Shown here: positions 12,047 to 25,540 of the stretch, in pieces | Numbering within the stretch: position 1 is the stretch's first letter | How the letters are laid out: every line of letters begins with the position of its first letter | Source: Eledone cirrhosa | Lineage: Eukaryota | Direction of reading: 5' to 3' | Length of the DNA: 64,000 nt | Assembly (NCBI GenBank): GCA_964016885.1 | Contig: OZ024740.1 | Location: 417,322,001 to 417,386,000, forward strand | The notes under the pieces: generated by a model | What the model was told of the DNA's origin: nothing | Databases searched by the model: none | The model's input: only the letters and a program-made list of their open reading frames with translations | Position numbers and translations under genes: made by a program

Positions 12047-14756
12047 CTGGTAAAACCTCCTTAATTTTTAACATCTTCCAGTACTCTCCATGAACAGACT
12101 TCCCTGAAGAATCCGTAATGTTAGCATCAAGAAGATCAGAGTCATGTTCTCGAATGAAATGCTCTTCATAGTCTCGAATATCATAGCAAACAAAATCACA
12201 AAACGAGCATCGGTAAATTCCTTTAAGGTCAATGTCATTTTCATTTTGGTCTTCAGGTTCTGTTTTTATGGTTGTCCCAAAAACTTTCTCTAAACACTGA
12301 GAGGTGGACATGGATTGGTTTGAAGGTATAAACAAACTTTCAACAACAGAAGACAACATACCTAAGGAATCCACTCCCTGTGAAAAAGTTTGTTCCATAG
12401 AAGAAAACTGAGTCTGATTCTCTGAAACAACATCTTCAGTGTTACAACTAGAGACTTGTTTATCTGTAAAGATTCTTTCAGAGATATCTTTTGTCTTTTT
12501 TATCGGAGGGAAGTCTTTTTCTTGTTCATTAACAACAGCTTGATCAGAACTGCTGCTGATATGAGCTTGATTTTTCTCTTCTTTAGACTTGCAAGAAAGC
12601 TTTTCAAGTGGGGAGGAGTTTTCTCCTCCAACAGCAGTGTACATATTATCAGCAGTTTGTTTCATATTTTTATTTGTGTTAAACTCCTCATCTGAATCAG
12701 AATCTGACCAAGAAGCTGTCAACTGTGGTTGATGCCGTACAGCTACAGGAGCATGTCGTTTACGTCTTTGTCGAGGAACAGATTCACGATCAGAATTTGG
12801 TTCACCATCACTGGTCACTTCTTGGCTTTTAGATTCTTTTTCCTGTTCATTGTCAGAAACTACTCTCTGAACATCACTAGAAGTTGGTGACAGCCTTTCT
12901 CCTCCCAATAGGTTATTTGTAATTTGAGATCTTGGGTTTGATTGGATGCTTGGCTGAGCAACACTACTATCATCTGAATCTGTCTTACAGTTATTACTAT
13001 TACTATTATTGTTATTATTATTATTGTTGTTATTATTGTTGTTGTTGCTTTTATTTCTGTTATTGTTGTTGTTATTGTTATTGTTATTGTTATTGTTATT
13101 GTTATTGTTATTGTTATTGTTGTTGTTGTTGTTGTTCATTGTGGCAATGTCTTTATCATTATTGTTAGAATCTTCTAGTAAAGAATTTGGGGAATAAGAT
13201 GAAGGAGAAGAAGATGTAAGGGACGATGGTATGGAGGAATATCCAGATCCTTTCTTAGTTGAAACAGAGTTGTCATTACTATTTGAGGTACAATGAGAGG
13301 ATTCTCTTTTTAAATTAGGAGACAATTTTTGTTGTTGCTGTTGTTGTTGTTGTTTCTGATGATGCGACTGTAAGCTGTGATGTGATGAATGTATATTTGT
13401 TTGTGGAGGTATTGGATGGGGTAGAGGTTGTGGATGTGAAGATAAAGGTGGGAGGGTGGTGAGCTGTTGTTTGTGTTGTTGTTGTTGTTGTGATTGGTGA
13501 TGGTGTTGTATTTGTTGCTGATCAGAAGTGACACTTCTGTCAGCGCTGTCAACACGTGTGCGGTGTTGGTAGCTTGAACAATGACTGAGGAATGCGGCAC
13601 GAGCCTGACACTTACAGTTACATACTTGGCAAAAATATACAATATTGCCACCCTCACGTATTAGCTTAGTGTACTTACCAAAGTCATGAGTGTAACTTGG
13701 ATTTGACATTGCATTATGGAAACCCGAGGAATTCCCACTTGCATGTAACCGACTGTTTGAAATCAAAATCTGGTCTGCTAGTTGCTGAAGACGGGTTATA
13801 TTTTCTTCCATTGTCATTTTTTCTGGTTTTACACCATCTTTCACATTCACAGAATTTACACTAATCTTGTTATTGTTGTTACTGTTATTACAGCCATTAC
13901 TACTATTATTATTAATAGATATATTAGTAGTAGTATTACTACTGTTGTTACTAGCCACACTATTACCATTAGCATGACTAAACAGCGGTGCTGAAGATGC
14001 CAGTTGCCGCTGTTTCCCATGGACTGAATCCACGATAAATCGTGATGTCCGGTACTGCATCGTCTTGTTCGGATCACTTATCGTGCATTGGTTTTCCGTA
14101 CTGATTTCAGTTCCACTCTTGTTGGTAAATTCATCAATAGGTGAAGCTTCTGGAGAGTCTACTTCAGTATCGGAAGTTTCAATACCATGAGAAAAACGAC
14201 AATGTGCTCTGAGATCTTCTTCAGTACTGAAGTTAAAATTACAATGTTGACAATCTTTATAAGATTGTTTCTTTGTTAAATGTTGATCATTGACATGACT
14301 AATGAAGCTATCTCGGGATGTCAGAATAGATGGCAATGTTGTACATAAAGTACATTTGTATAAAATTTCAGCAAATTTCATCAAATTCTCAACAGAATGT
14401 CCAAGAACTTTATCAAACAGAAAGTTTTTCTTATTATTAACTTCTGAAGATTCCTTAAAGCAATTCTTAGATTCTTGATTTGCAGAAACTGTTTGATTTC
14501 TACAAACTTTTGTCGACATGGTAAAATCCACAGAGGAATTTGATCCGTTAAGAAGTAATTTTGAAGAATTTTTATAGTTTGGATTAAAATTGCAAGAACT
14601 GACACCGTTGTCATCTTCAGTTTTGATTTTCATATGACATTGATTTGTAGGATCAACAACAGAGCGTGAGCAACTGTTGGCAAGATGATTGTACATGACA
14701 GCATGCATTTCTGGAAATAAACTTTCACTTTGGCAAAATACAGTTTGTAGTGTCAT
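12047..14756 (-). CDS. Large coding exon of a C2H2 zinc-finger protein (about 903 aa in this exon) with poly-Q and poly-N tracts
   Basis: Long stop-free frame. Fingers CTLC..H..H, CQHC..H..H and CSFC..H..H, plus a U1/matrin-like CQVC..H..H. Basic RQRRKRH and psiKxE sites (IKTE x2, VKPE, LKRE). Acceptor (t)16ctAG ends at 14791, an in-frame TAG sits directly before the ATG, and donor CAG/GTAAGC lies at 12047/12046. Confidence 0.85.
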
Positions 14757-14993
14757 CTAATCCACAGGATATACTCATAGGGAAAACAGCCTAGAAAAAA
14801 AAAAAAAAAAATTAACAGCTATTTTTAAATGCAAGTATATAAGTAATTTTTTTTTAAATATTATTTCCAGCTATATCTTTACAGGACTTTTCAAATGGAA
14901 AAATCCTTTTTATCTGATAATAAATATCTTTAACCTTTTTGTGGCTATATTTCTAAATTTCTAAATGGCAGCCTACATGTTTCAATTAATTGT

Positions 14994-16070
14994 TTCAAGG
15001 TTCGGTCCTCAGCCCACTCTTGTTCATTATAGTCCTCCAAGCCATAACAGAGGAGTTTAAGACTGGCTATCCATGGGAACTTCTCTATGCTCACGATCTG
15101 GTTCTTATAGCAGAATCAGTAGAGGAGCTAGAGAATAAATTCTGGCTATGGAAACAGCAGTTGGAAGCAAGAGGACTGAGAGTGAATCTAGCTAAGACAA
15201 AAGTGTTGATGAGTAGAAAAGAGGACAAAACCCTGATTCCGTCAGGGAAATGGCCATGTTCGATATGCAGAAAAGGAACTGGCATAAATTCTATAAAATG
15301 CACACAATGCAGATCCTGGGTACACAAGAGATGTAGCGGGATAGCAGGCAAACTAACATGTAGGGAGAAATACGTATGCAGTAGATGTACAGGGAAATTA
15401 GACAGTAGAAGTCGCATTGATAGACACATTTTTCAAATGCAGGTGGGTATAGAAGTGGTGGATAGCTTCCGGTACCTAGGAGATCAGATTAGCATGGGAG
15501 GGGGTGTTCCGAGGCCATAGTATCTAGAATAAGGACAGGTAGGAATAAGTTTAGGGAGCTGCTTCCTCTGCTGACGAAGAAGGGTTTCTCCTTGCATACG
15601 AAAGGCCAGTTATATGATGCCTGTGTGAGGAGCGCGATGCTGCATGGTAGTGAGACTTGGGCAGCAACTGCAGAGGATATGCGACGGCTGGAGAGAAATG
15701 AGGCAAGCATGCTCCGTTGGATATGCAATGTCAATGTGCGTGAACGACCCAGCATGGATGTGCTGAGAGAGAAACTGTGTCTGAGAGGATAGAATGTAGT
15801 GTGTGAGAGGAGACTGCGGTGGTATGGACATGTGATGCGCATGGAGGATGACCGATGGGTGAAGAAGTGCCAGGAAATGCCAGTTGAAGGAAGACGTGGT
15901 AGAGGAAGACCACGAAAAACATGGGCCGAGGTGGTGAGAACAGACCTCAGATCGCTGAAGCTCACGGTGTAGATGACGAAGGACCGTGACAAGTGGAGAA
16001 ATGCTGTGCTGAATAAGACCCGTCCCACCCTTGCAAGCAGGGAAAAGCGGACGTAAAATGATGATGATGA
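14994..16070 (+). mobile_element. 5'-truncated RTE LINE (family A), disrupted
   Basis: QGSVLSPLLF, YAHD (mutated YADD), Cys-rich insert, RLRWYGHV and RGRPRKTW motifs; frameshift near 15500 plus stops; (GAT)n tail. Confidence 0.92.
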
Positions 16071-16092
16071 TATATATATATATATATATATA

Positions 16093-18486
16093 TCATCATC
16101 ATCATCATCACCGTTTTACGTCCGTTCTTCCACGCTAGCATGGGTTAGACGGGTTGTCCTGTTGTGGGCAGTGTCTGGTCGGCTGACCATGCCTTGCTCA
16201 TACAGGAACTGATCTGGCTTGATTTCTACAGCTGGATGCCCTTCCTAACACCAACCTCATTTACAGTGAGTGCTGGGTGCTTTTTCGTGGCGCCTACACG
16301 TCCACTTTACAGTGTGGGCTGGGTGCTTTTTTGCCGTGGCACCTCCACGACCACCTTGCGGTGGGGGGGGGGGGGGCATATTGTTTATATGCTTCAGCAT
16401 GTACCCATGGGAGGTCGGGTACCCTGTATTACTGCGTGACGCCAGAAGTCACGGTCGTGTGTCATTGACTTTGAGAGGTGTAGTTGGGTAAGGTCGGCTT
16501 TTATCACCTCATCCCAAGTCATCTTGGGTCTCCCCACTCCGCGGTTTCCATCAACTTCTAGTGCTCTGCACCTTTTTATGCAGCTGTCATCCTTCATACG
16601 CATCACATGTCCATACCAGCGTAACCGCCTCTCCTGCACGCAGCATTTGATTCCTCTTATGCTCAGTCTCTCTCTCAATTCATTTATGCTTTGTCGTTCA
16701 CGTATATTACTGTTACACATCCATCGGAGCATGCAGGCTTCGTTTCTCTCTAATCTACGTAAGTCTTCCACCTTCAGCGCCCAGGTCTCACTACCATGCA
16801 ACATCGCTGTTCGGATACACGCATCATACAGTCTGCCTTTCATTCTGAGGGAGAAGCCTTTTGCAGCTAGCAGTGGTAGTAGTTCCCTAAACTTCTTCCA
16901 TCCCGTTCTTACCCTAGTTATTGTACTTTCTGAGCACCCACCTCCGTTGCTAATTCGGTCACCTAGGTAGCAGAAGCTGTCTACTGTTTCTACAGGGCCC
17001 TCCCAGAGATTGGTGGTACTTGTTTCCTGTGGCTGTTTGCTTGCTGTTTCAGCACAGCTGCTGCATGTGAATCCTACATTCTTAATTAAGCTTCCTGAGG
17101 TGAATCCTACATTCTTAATTAAGCTTCCTGAGATCCCGCTACATCTCTTGTGTACCCATTGTTTGCATTTGGGGCAAAGAATGGAGTTCCTACCTACACC
17201 TTTCCTACATACTGAGCAAGGCCATTTCCCTGAGGGGATCTGGGTTCTGTTTTCTCGTCTACTTATAAGGACCTTAGTCTTTGTCATGTTGACTTTGAGG
17301 CCCTTTCTCTCTAGTCCCTGCTTCCAGGTTTGGAATTTATTCTCTAGTTCTACCATAGATTCAGCTATGAGTGCGAGGTCATCAGCATACAGGAGTTCCC
17401 ATGGGCATCCGGTCTTAAACTCCTCCGTTATTGCCTGCAGGACTATGATGAACAGGAGAGGGCTAAGAACAGAGCCCTGGTGGACCCCAACCTGTACGCT
17501 AAATTCCTCGCTATACTCATTGCCAATCCTAACTTTGCTGACTGCTCCCCTATACATGGCTTGTACCGCTTTCACAAGCCATTCATCTACTCCTAGTTTT
17601 CTAAGAGCCCACCAGATTACTGCACGTGGAACTCTGTCAAAGGCTTTCTCAAGGTCGACAAATGCCAAGTAGAGTGGCTTACTTTTAGCTAGGTACTTTT
17701 CCTGTAATTGCCTCACAAGGAAGAGCGCATCAGTGGTGCCTTTCCCTGGTACAAACCCAAATTGCATCTCGTCTATATTCACCCGGTCCCTAATCAGCTG
17801 TGCTATAACTCTTTCTGTTACTTTCATGACCTGGTCCATCAACTTTATACCTCTATAGTTTCCTCTATCTAGTGCATCGCCTTTACCTTTGTAGCAGTTG
17901 ACAATGATGCTACTGCACCAATCTTTTGGTATGGCCCCCTCTAGTATTACCTGGTTAACGATATGTGTGGTTATAGTGTGACCTACAGACCCAGATGCCT
18001 TCAGCATCTCGGCAGCTATACCCGATGGACCGGTTGCCTTCTCTATCTTCATATCTCTGATTGCCTTACTTACTACGCTGCCGCTGACTTGTACTGCTGG
18101 TCCCTCTATAGGGTCTACGTGGGGTAGGGTCTCTTCTTCCCATGCATTCTCCTCATTTAGTAATCTATCATAATGACTCTTCCATGCATCTTTCTTCTCA
18201 GCACTTGTGAGGGCAAGCTCACCTTTATCATTCCGGATACACTTCTCTCCAATGACATCACAACTATCTCTGACACACTGCCTCGCAATCTTGAATACCT
18301 CCTGTTTCTGGTCCTCACGTTGTAAAACATGCTTGAATTTTCTATCCTCTGCTTCCCTCCTAGCTAAGTATACTTGTCGCCTAGCTTCCCTCTTGGTCTC
18401 TATGTAATGTACCCTGCTCCCCCCGTTCTTCCATTCTTTCCATGCCTGTCTCTTGGCCTTGACTGCTTCATCTACCTTATTGTTCC

Positions 18487-18487
<1 letters not shown>
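16093..18487 (-). mobile_element. 5'-truncated RTE LINE (family B) with about 700 aa uninterrupted RT frame and about 300-bp 3' UTR
   Basis: RT motifs NYRGIKL, QFGF, FVDLEKAFD, QGSVLSP and YADD; PHD-like Cys/His insert; stop at 16394; (GAT)n tail; (TA)n on both sides; no APE domain; 33-bp in-frame duplication near 17067-17132. Confidence 0.95.
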
Positions 18488-18522
<35 letters not shown>

Positions 18523-18534
18523 GTATATATATAT

Positions 18535-18607
<73 letters not shown>

Positions 18608-18889
18608 TTGTTTCCAATCTTTGCTCAGCCATTGCACATTCTTATGAGTCTCTAAGCATGTGTAAAGATATAATTATTAACAGGCGACATTTTATTATCA
18701 CATGTTCCAAGTAATTATAAAATGCAAATTTTTAAGCTAAATACTGTCCAACTTATTTCACTCTGACAATTATCATTCTCCCTGTGTTTTTTTTAGACAT
18801 CATATAAGTGTAGCTGACAGTCAAATGATAATGTGATAAAACCTTTTTATCAAGATGCTACCTAAACATCACAAGCAAGACAGCACAGA

Positions 18890-20215
18890 ACAAAAGCTTG
18901 GAGAAAATAGGATTTATGTTTAACGATTAATACCAAGAAATACCAGGACAGAGACAGACAGACACCAAATGTTTGAAGAAAATAGGATTTGTGATAAACT
19001 ATTAGTAGCAAGAAACACTAGGATAGAGACAGACACCAATTGTTTGAAGAAAATAGGATGTAAGATCCACATTAGTAGCCAAAAACACTAAGATAGAGAC
19101 AGACATGAAATCATCATCATCATCATCATCATCACCGTTTTACATCCGTTCTTCCACATTAGCATGGGTTAGACGGGTTGTCCTGTTGTGGGCAGTGTCC
19201 AGTTGGCTGACCTTGTCTTGCTCATACAGGAACTGATTCTGGCATGATTTCTACAGCTGGATGCCCTTCCTATCACCAACCTCATTTACAGTGAGTGCTG
19301 AGTGCTTTTTTCCATGGCACCTACAAGTCCACTTTAGTGTGGGCTGGGTGTTTTTTTTCGTGGCACCTCCACGACCACTTTGCAGTGAGAGGAGGTGGGG
19401 GCATATTGTCTATATGCTTCAGCTTCAGCTTGTTCCTGTGGGAAGTCGGGTCTTCTGTATTACTGTGTGACGTCAGAGGTCACGGCCATGTGTCATCGCC
19501 CTTGAGAGGTGTAATTGGGTAAGGTCAGCTTTTATCACCTCATCCCAGGTCTTCTTGGGTCTCCCCACTCCGCGGCTTCCATCGACTTCTAGTGCTCTGC
19601 ACCTTTTTATGCAGCTGTCATCCTTCATACGCATCACATGTCCATACCAACGTAATCTCCTCTCCTGCACACAGCATTTGATTTCTCTTATGCTCAGTCT
19701 ATCTCTCAATTCGTTTATGCTTTGCCGTTCACGTATATTAGCATTACACATCCATAGGAGCATGCAAGCTTCTTTCTATCTCTGCGCAAGTCTTCTACAG
19801 ACAGCGCCCAGGTCTCACTACCATGTAACATTGCTGTTCGTATACACGCATCATACAGACTGCCTTTCATTTTGAGGGAAAAGCCTTTTGCAGTTAGCAG
19901 TGACAGTAGCTCCCATGAAATGTTTGAAGAAAATAAGATATGTGATCAATCAAATCTTATTTTCTTCAAACACCAGGACAGAGACAGACATGAAATGTTT
20001 GAAGAAAATAGGATGTAAGATCCACCATTAGTAGCAAGAAACACTATAACAGGGGCAGACAGACATGAAATGTTTGAAGAAAATAGGATGTAAGATCCAC
20101 ATTAATAGCAAGAAACACTAGGACAGAGACAGACAGACATGAAATGTTTGAAGAAAATAGGATTTGTGTTCAAATATATCTTATTTTCTTCAAACACGAG
20201 AACAGAGACAGGCAC
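18890..20215. repeat. Degenerate tandem repeat of about 65-70 bp interrupted by an RTE
   Basis: aaatgtttgaagaaaataggat..aaacactaggacagagacagacatg units on both sides of the insertion. Confidence 0.8.
19111..19913 (-). mobile_element. Second 5'-truncated RTE family B copy
   Basis: Colinear with 16093-16885; apparent TSD catgaaat. Confidence 0.9.
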
Positions 20216-20519
20216 CATTCTGACTGAATTTGGTAGAATCTGTAACACAGTTATTGTAATGTACCTTTTATCACAGCTTCCATTATTTTTATATCTAATT
20301 CTTTCTTTGCCTGCCTGAGTGTTGTTGTTTTAATATTAGCCTGGGCACCACCCACCTTACCTGACTACATCTAAACAGTGTTTTATCTCTGATACAGCAG
20401 TCATCATCATCATCATCATCAGTATAAATAGATTTGCCCCCATTACTAGTTTTTGGTCAGCCTCCAATATTTCTGCAATATTTCTATAAAGAGAATAACA
20501 TTCTATTACAATTATTGTT

Positions 20520-20790
20520 TGGCAGTATCGGTAGAGCGTCAGACAACATGCCTTGCAGCTTAGAGTTATGGCCCTTTACGTTCTGGGTTCAAATCCCACC
20601 GAGGTTAGCTTTGCCTTTCATCCTTATGGGGGTCGATAAGATAAAGTACCAGTCACGCACTGGGGTCAATTTAATCGACTTTCCCCTCCCCAAAAATTGT
20701 TGGCCTTGTACCTAAAGTAGAAACCACAGTTTCGATAAAATAAAGTACCAGTAATTGCAGGCCTTGTGCCAAAAGTAGAAACAATTATTA
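20520..20790 (+). mobile_element. CORE-like tRNA SINE
   Basis: gggttcaaatcccaccgaggttagctttgcctttcatcc..ggccttgtgccaaaagtagaaac(aat)n. Confidence 0.8.
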
Positions 20791-21304
20791 TTGTTGTTGT
20801 TATTATTATTATTATGGGAGTACTTTTTTTTGTTTATTTACTTTTGTTTTAATTTATTATTGTTGTTGTTGTTGTTGTGTATTAGAATCGATTAGTTTCA
20901 AATTTGACTGATTTCATTTGACCAAAAGGGAACTAGGTCTGAAATTCTTAATGTAGCAGAACGGTTTATATTTTAATGTAGCAGAACGGTTTATATTTTT
21001 ATATTCTTTATATTTACCTATTTGTAGTAAAATATTTCATTAGCTAATAACTTTGCCTTAAGTCAACTGTAAATAATTAAAATTTATGTACAGGTATATA
21101 TTTTGTGTGTGTGTGTGTGTGTCTGTGTTAAACAATGGGAGATTGGGCACCACTGTTACTACCACGTTCCACCACCACCACCATCAACATCATTACCCTT
21201 ACCACCACCGCCACCACCTCCAACACAACCACCACCATTGCCAACAACAACACTACAAGCACCCACCACCACCAACCAACACTAAAACCACCACCACTAT
21301 CATC

Positions 21305-21790
21305 ACTACCATACTCTGAACGCCTTGCTTCCCTGGGTATGGATTCATTGAAGCTCCGACGTCTGGCAATGGACTTGGTAAACACCCACAAAGTTATTAA
21401 CCATCTCGCTAACAACAACCCTGAGCACCTTTTTGATCCCCATGTGTCTAACACACGTGGACATGCTTACAAAATCAGAAAACAGCACAGCTCCCATGAC
21501 TTTCGGAAACATTTTTTCACGCTTAGAGTTGCTGAAGCATGGAACAAACTGCCTGCAACAGTTGTTAGCTGCTGAGACACTGCATCCTTTAAAACCCTCA
21601 TGCTTCCCGAAATACGCCAAAACTACACCTGATGTACCCCTTCCATACACATGCACACATGTGTATATCATGACTCATGCACTGTTCATTTTTCTGACGT
21701 TTGTAAATTACCCTATGTACTATACATACACTTTTTGATGAGTTGTAGTGCACCTGAGCACTGTACACAATATTTCATTATTATTATCAC
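21305..21790 (+). mobile_element. 3' fragment of a CR1-group LINE
   Basis: LPYSERLASLGMDSLKLRRLAMDL..TRGHAYKI..RKHFFTLRVAEAWNKLP, a typical CR1/L2 C-terminus; (att)n tail. Confidence 0.8.
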
Positions 21791-21850
21791 CAACATTCTC
21801 CTCGACCTTCACCACCACCACCACCATCAGCACCATCACCACCAGTTTTA

Positions 21851-22166
21851 CAAACTGTGTATAAGAGGGATAAGTTGTGGTGTGCAGGAGAGAAGACTGA
21901 GGTGGTATGGACATGTGATACGCATGGAGGATGACCGCTGGGTAAAGAAATGCCAAGAAATCCCAGTAGAAGGAAGACGCAGTAGAGGAAGACCACAAAA
22001 AACATGGGCGGAGGTGGTAAGAGCAAACCTCAGATCGCAGATGCTCACGGTGGAGATGACGAAGGACCGTGACATGTGGAGAAATACTGTGCTGAATAGG
22101 ACCCGACCCACCCTTGCAAGCAGGGAAAAGCGGACGTAAAATGATGATGGTGATGATGATGATGAT
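21851..22166 (+). mobile_element. RTE family A 3' fragment
   Basis: ERRLRWYGHV..RGRPQKTW; (GAT)n tail. Confidence 0.9.
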
Positions 22167-22189
22167 ATGGTGCTTTCTTCATAATCCAC

Positions 22190-22470
22190 ACTACACCAGT
22201 GGCATTTTCTCCCTCTATTTTGTTAAATACTCCAGGTAGAGCTACTACTTCTCTGAATTGAGAGATCACAGCTCCGATACTTGGGGTAAAGAGGGGTTAG
22301 AATGTCTCAGGAAAGAATTGCTGGACAGAGTTTACGAACAAAACCAGCCTGAGCAAGATGGTTGGATAACATGGGCTTCGCTTGTCCCGCTTGCGGATCC
22401 AGCTGGATCAGTTGGAGACAGTTGCTTTTGTCAGGACCCGCTAGAGGGAGTGTTTGAGGACTCTGCCCTC
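22190..22470 (+). mobile_element. 3' fragment of a third RTE-like family, decayed
   Basis: Homologous to minus-strand pieces at 41335-41720 and 48815-49030 (GRRPRSRPRARWLDNI). Confidence 0.65.
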
Positions 22471-23294
22471 ACGACACCCTCAGGAAAAAGTGGGCGAAGA
22501 AGAAAAAAAATGACTGATATGTTCAAGGATTAAAAATCATAGCAAAAGCAGTGATGTCTTCATTCATGCTACGAGTTTCTTCTAAGTAAATATTTGTTAC
22601 CATTGAGGCTGTTTCTGTTACCATGTCTGTGAAGATATAGTGAACACTATTAACAAATTTTGAGCACAAAAGTGAGATTTTACAGTGTATGGCATTGTGC
22701 AAGTGCTCTAAGGTCTTGCAAAATCTATGGTGTCTTCTTCATAATCCACACCACACCAGTGGTAAAATATGTACCTGACCAACCTGCCTATCCAACATTT
22801 CTCTAGTTCTTTCTCCACACAGCTGCAGATTCAGGCAGAGTTTAGTTTTTGCCAGAGATTTATCATTATTAATCTCAATCTGGAGAACGTGGCTGGCCGT
22901 ATGCCCCTGGCCCCACTAAATTCTAAATATGGCCTATGCTCCTGGCCCCATGAAATTCTAAATATGGCCGTATGCCCCTGGCCCCACCAAATTCTAAATA
23001 TAGCCTTAGCTATAGTTCCTTTCCATTTTAATAGTTTCAACAGTTCAAGCCTCCATCATTTTGAAGTTGGTTGTGTTGGAGGCTAGCTATATACATGGCC
23101 GAATTTATTGGAAGAGGTTTTCTCCTCTAGGAACAATCCTGCCCCCAATCTGAACTAACCCGGGTCTCCCCAAACTTGAACTATTCCCCCTCCAATCTGA
23201 ACTCCTCCAACCAACTTGACCCCCCCACCCCCCACACACACACAAACCTGACTCTAGATCCCTTTCACTCCAAGTCACAACTGTCTAAGCTTCC

Positions 23295-23600
23295 ACCACT
23301 TGCACCAATACTTTCTCCAGCCGCAACCTGGTGCAGTCTGCAACTAACCCAGATTCTGCTGCACGTCGGGCTGAGGAGGCCAAACTCTTCAAATACCGGT
23401 CACTCTCCGACAGGTTTGTGGTTGTACCCTTGGCAGTGGAGACTTCTGGTGTCCTCGGCCCTAGGGCTACCTCCCTACTCACCACCATAGGCACTGAGTT
23501 GGCCAGCCGCAGGTGTGAGCCTCGCGAGCTGGAATTGCTTTTCCAGCGCGTCTCCGGGGAAACGCCTTCTCCATTCTGTCCGCCGGGGCTGTGGGGAGGC
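23295..23600 (+). mobile_element. CRE-clade non-LTR retrotransposon 3' remnant (restriction-like endonuclease region)
   Basis: TCTNTFS..SAARRAEEAKLFKYRSL..FVVVPLAVETSGVLGP matches the AE..K..KY..P.AVET.G..G signature of CRE-type RLE domains. Confidence 0.7.
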
Positions 23601-24809
23601 CACCAATATGATTGACTGACTTGTCATTTTATCAGTCAGATGTTTTTAGATTTCACTAGCTTGTTACTCATTATCTATCTGTCATGTTCTGTTGTTTAAC
23701 TCTTTAACATTCACATTACTCTATATATACTATTATATTTTCATGGTAAAGGCTTTACCTTGCATAATTATCTCACATAATATCGAATCTATGAGATTTT
23801 GAAAGTATTTATTTTGAGAACAATACCTTAACATCAGTTTGAGCGACCAGTTACAGCCAGTTTCAACAGAAAGAGGTAGAGAATTCTGGCTGGTTTAGGC
23901 CGGTTTGAACATTAAAGGGTTAACAGAGACTCACAAAAGGAAATACTCTAACAGTTATCATTTGAAGTTTGTTCTGTTGGAGGCTAGCTACACATTATCT
24001 CCTCAGATGACCTACTCTCTTCTTTTAATTGTATCATATAATCAAGTGTATTGTACTAAAATATTAATAAATACATTAGCTAGTTGTTCAATAGACACAA
24101 ACTTCTTGGATTATAGCCAGGAATAATTTCCTTGACTCAGAACAGTACTGTATAACACATCATACTGGTGATCTACATATCTACATTACTAACACCCACT
24201 CCCCATCCCTCTTTCTAATCTACAAAGTATTTTATAATCTCTCTCTCTCCCTCTAACTCTCTCTTACTCTTTCCCCCACTTTATCAATTACCATCAGTAT
24301 ACTACACTAACATATTCCTATGGTATAGTATGGTCCTGTACATCCTGATGGAGTCGTAGGGTTGCCGGATTGACATATGGTGTTTCTTGGCCATTTCAAG
24401 CCTGGTAGAGCCCATTCCCTTCCCAGGTCTAAACACAGCAGATTTCTTCCAGAGAAGGGTAAAGAGAGTGAGAAAGAAATATCAAGGAATAATTGACCCC
24501 AGTATTAGACTGGTACTTTATTGACATCGAATGGATGAAAGGTTAAGTTGACCTGGGCAGGATTTGAACTCAGAGAGAAGAGAGCCGGAGTGAATACCAC
24601 AAAGTATTTTATCTGACATTCTAACAACTCTGCCAAATGAGGACCAAACCCTTTACTGTTCTCTCTATACATTCAATCCTGTTCTATGTCAGTTGATAAA
24701 ACAATTTCTCATATAGACACATGACCAGAAACTATATTGACTTATTATGATATTTCACTGGTACTTTATTTTATCAATCCCTGAAGGATGAAATGCAAGC
24801 TTGACCTCT

Positions 24810-25540
24810 GTAGTAGCAACAGAGAAGCAATATGGTAGCAACAGAGAAGCAATCTAGTGGCAACTTAGAAAGCAATGTAGTAGCAACATAAAAAGCAATG
24901 TAGTAGCAACATAGAAAGCAATGTGCTAGCAACATAGAAAGCAATGTGCTAGCAACATAGAAAGCAACGTGCTAGCAACACAGAAAACAATGTGGTAGCA
25001 ACAGAGAAGCAATCTAGTAGGAACATAGAAAGCAATGTGCTAGCAACACAGAAGACAATGTGGTAGCAACAGAGAAAGCAATGTGTAAGTAACATAGAAA
25101 GCAATGCTCTAACAACAGAGAAGCAATATTTTAGCAACATAGAAGCAATAATTTAGCAACAGAGAAGCAATATTTAACAACATAGAAGTAATGTAGTAGC
25201 AACAGAGAAGCAATATTTCAGCAACATAGAAGCAATGTTTTAGCAACAGAGAAGCAATGCAGTAACAACATAGAAGCAATGTGGTAGCAACATAGAAGCA
25301 ATGTGGTAGCAACAGAGAAGAAATGTGGTAGCAACATAGAAGCAATGTAGTAACAACATAGAAGAAATGTAGTAGCAACATAGAAGCAATGTAGTAGCAA
25401 CATAGAAGCAACATAGAAGCAATGTAGTAGCAACATAGAAGCAATGTGGTAGCAACATAGAAGCAATGTGGTAGCAACATAGAAGCAATGTAGTAACAAC
25501 ATAGAAGAAATGTAGTAGCAACATAGAGGCAATGTAGTAG
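24810..25540. repeat. 22/23-bp minisatellite, about 33 copies
   Basis: Unit agcaacatagaagcaatgtagt. Confidence 0.92.

Noticed and set aside
18488-18637. N-terminus of the 747-aa ORF
   Set aside because: Read-through of (GA)n/(TA)n microsatellite upstream of a 5'-truncated RTE.
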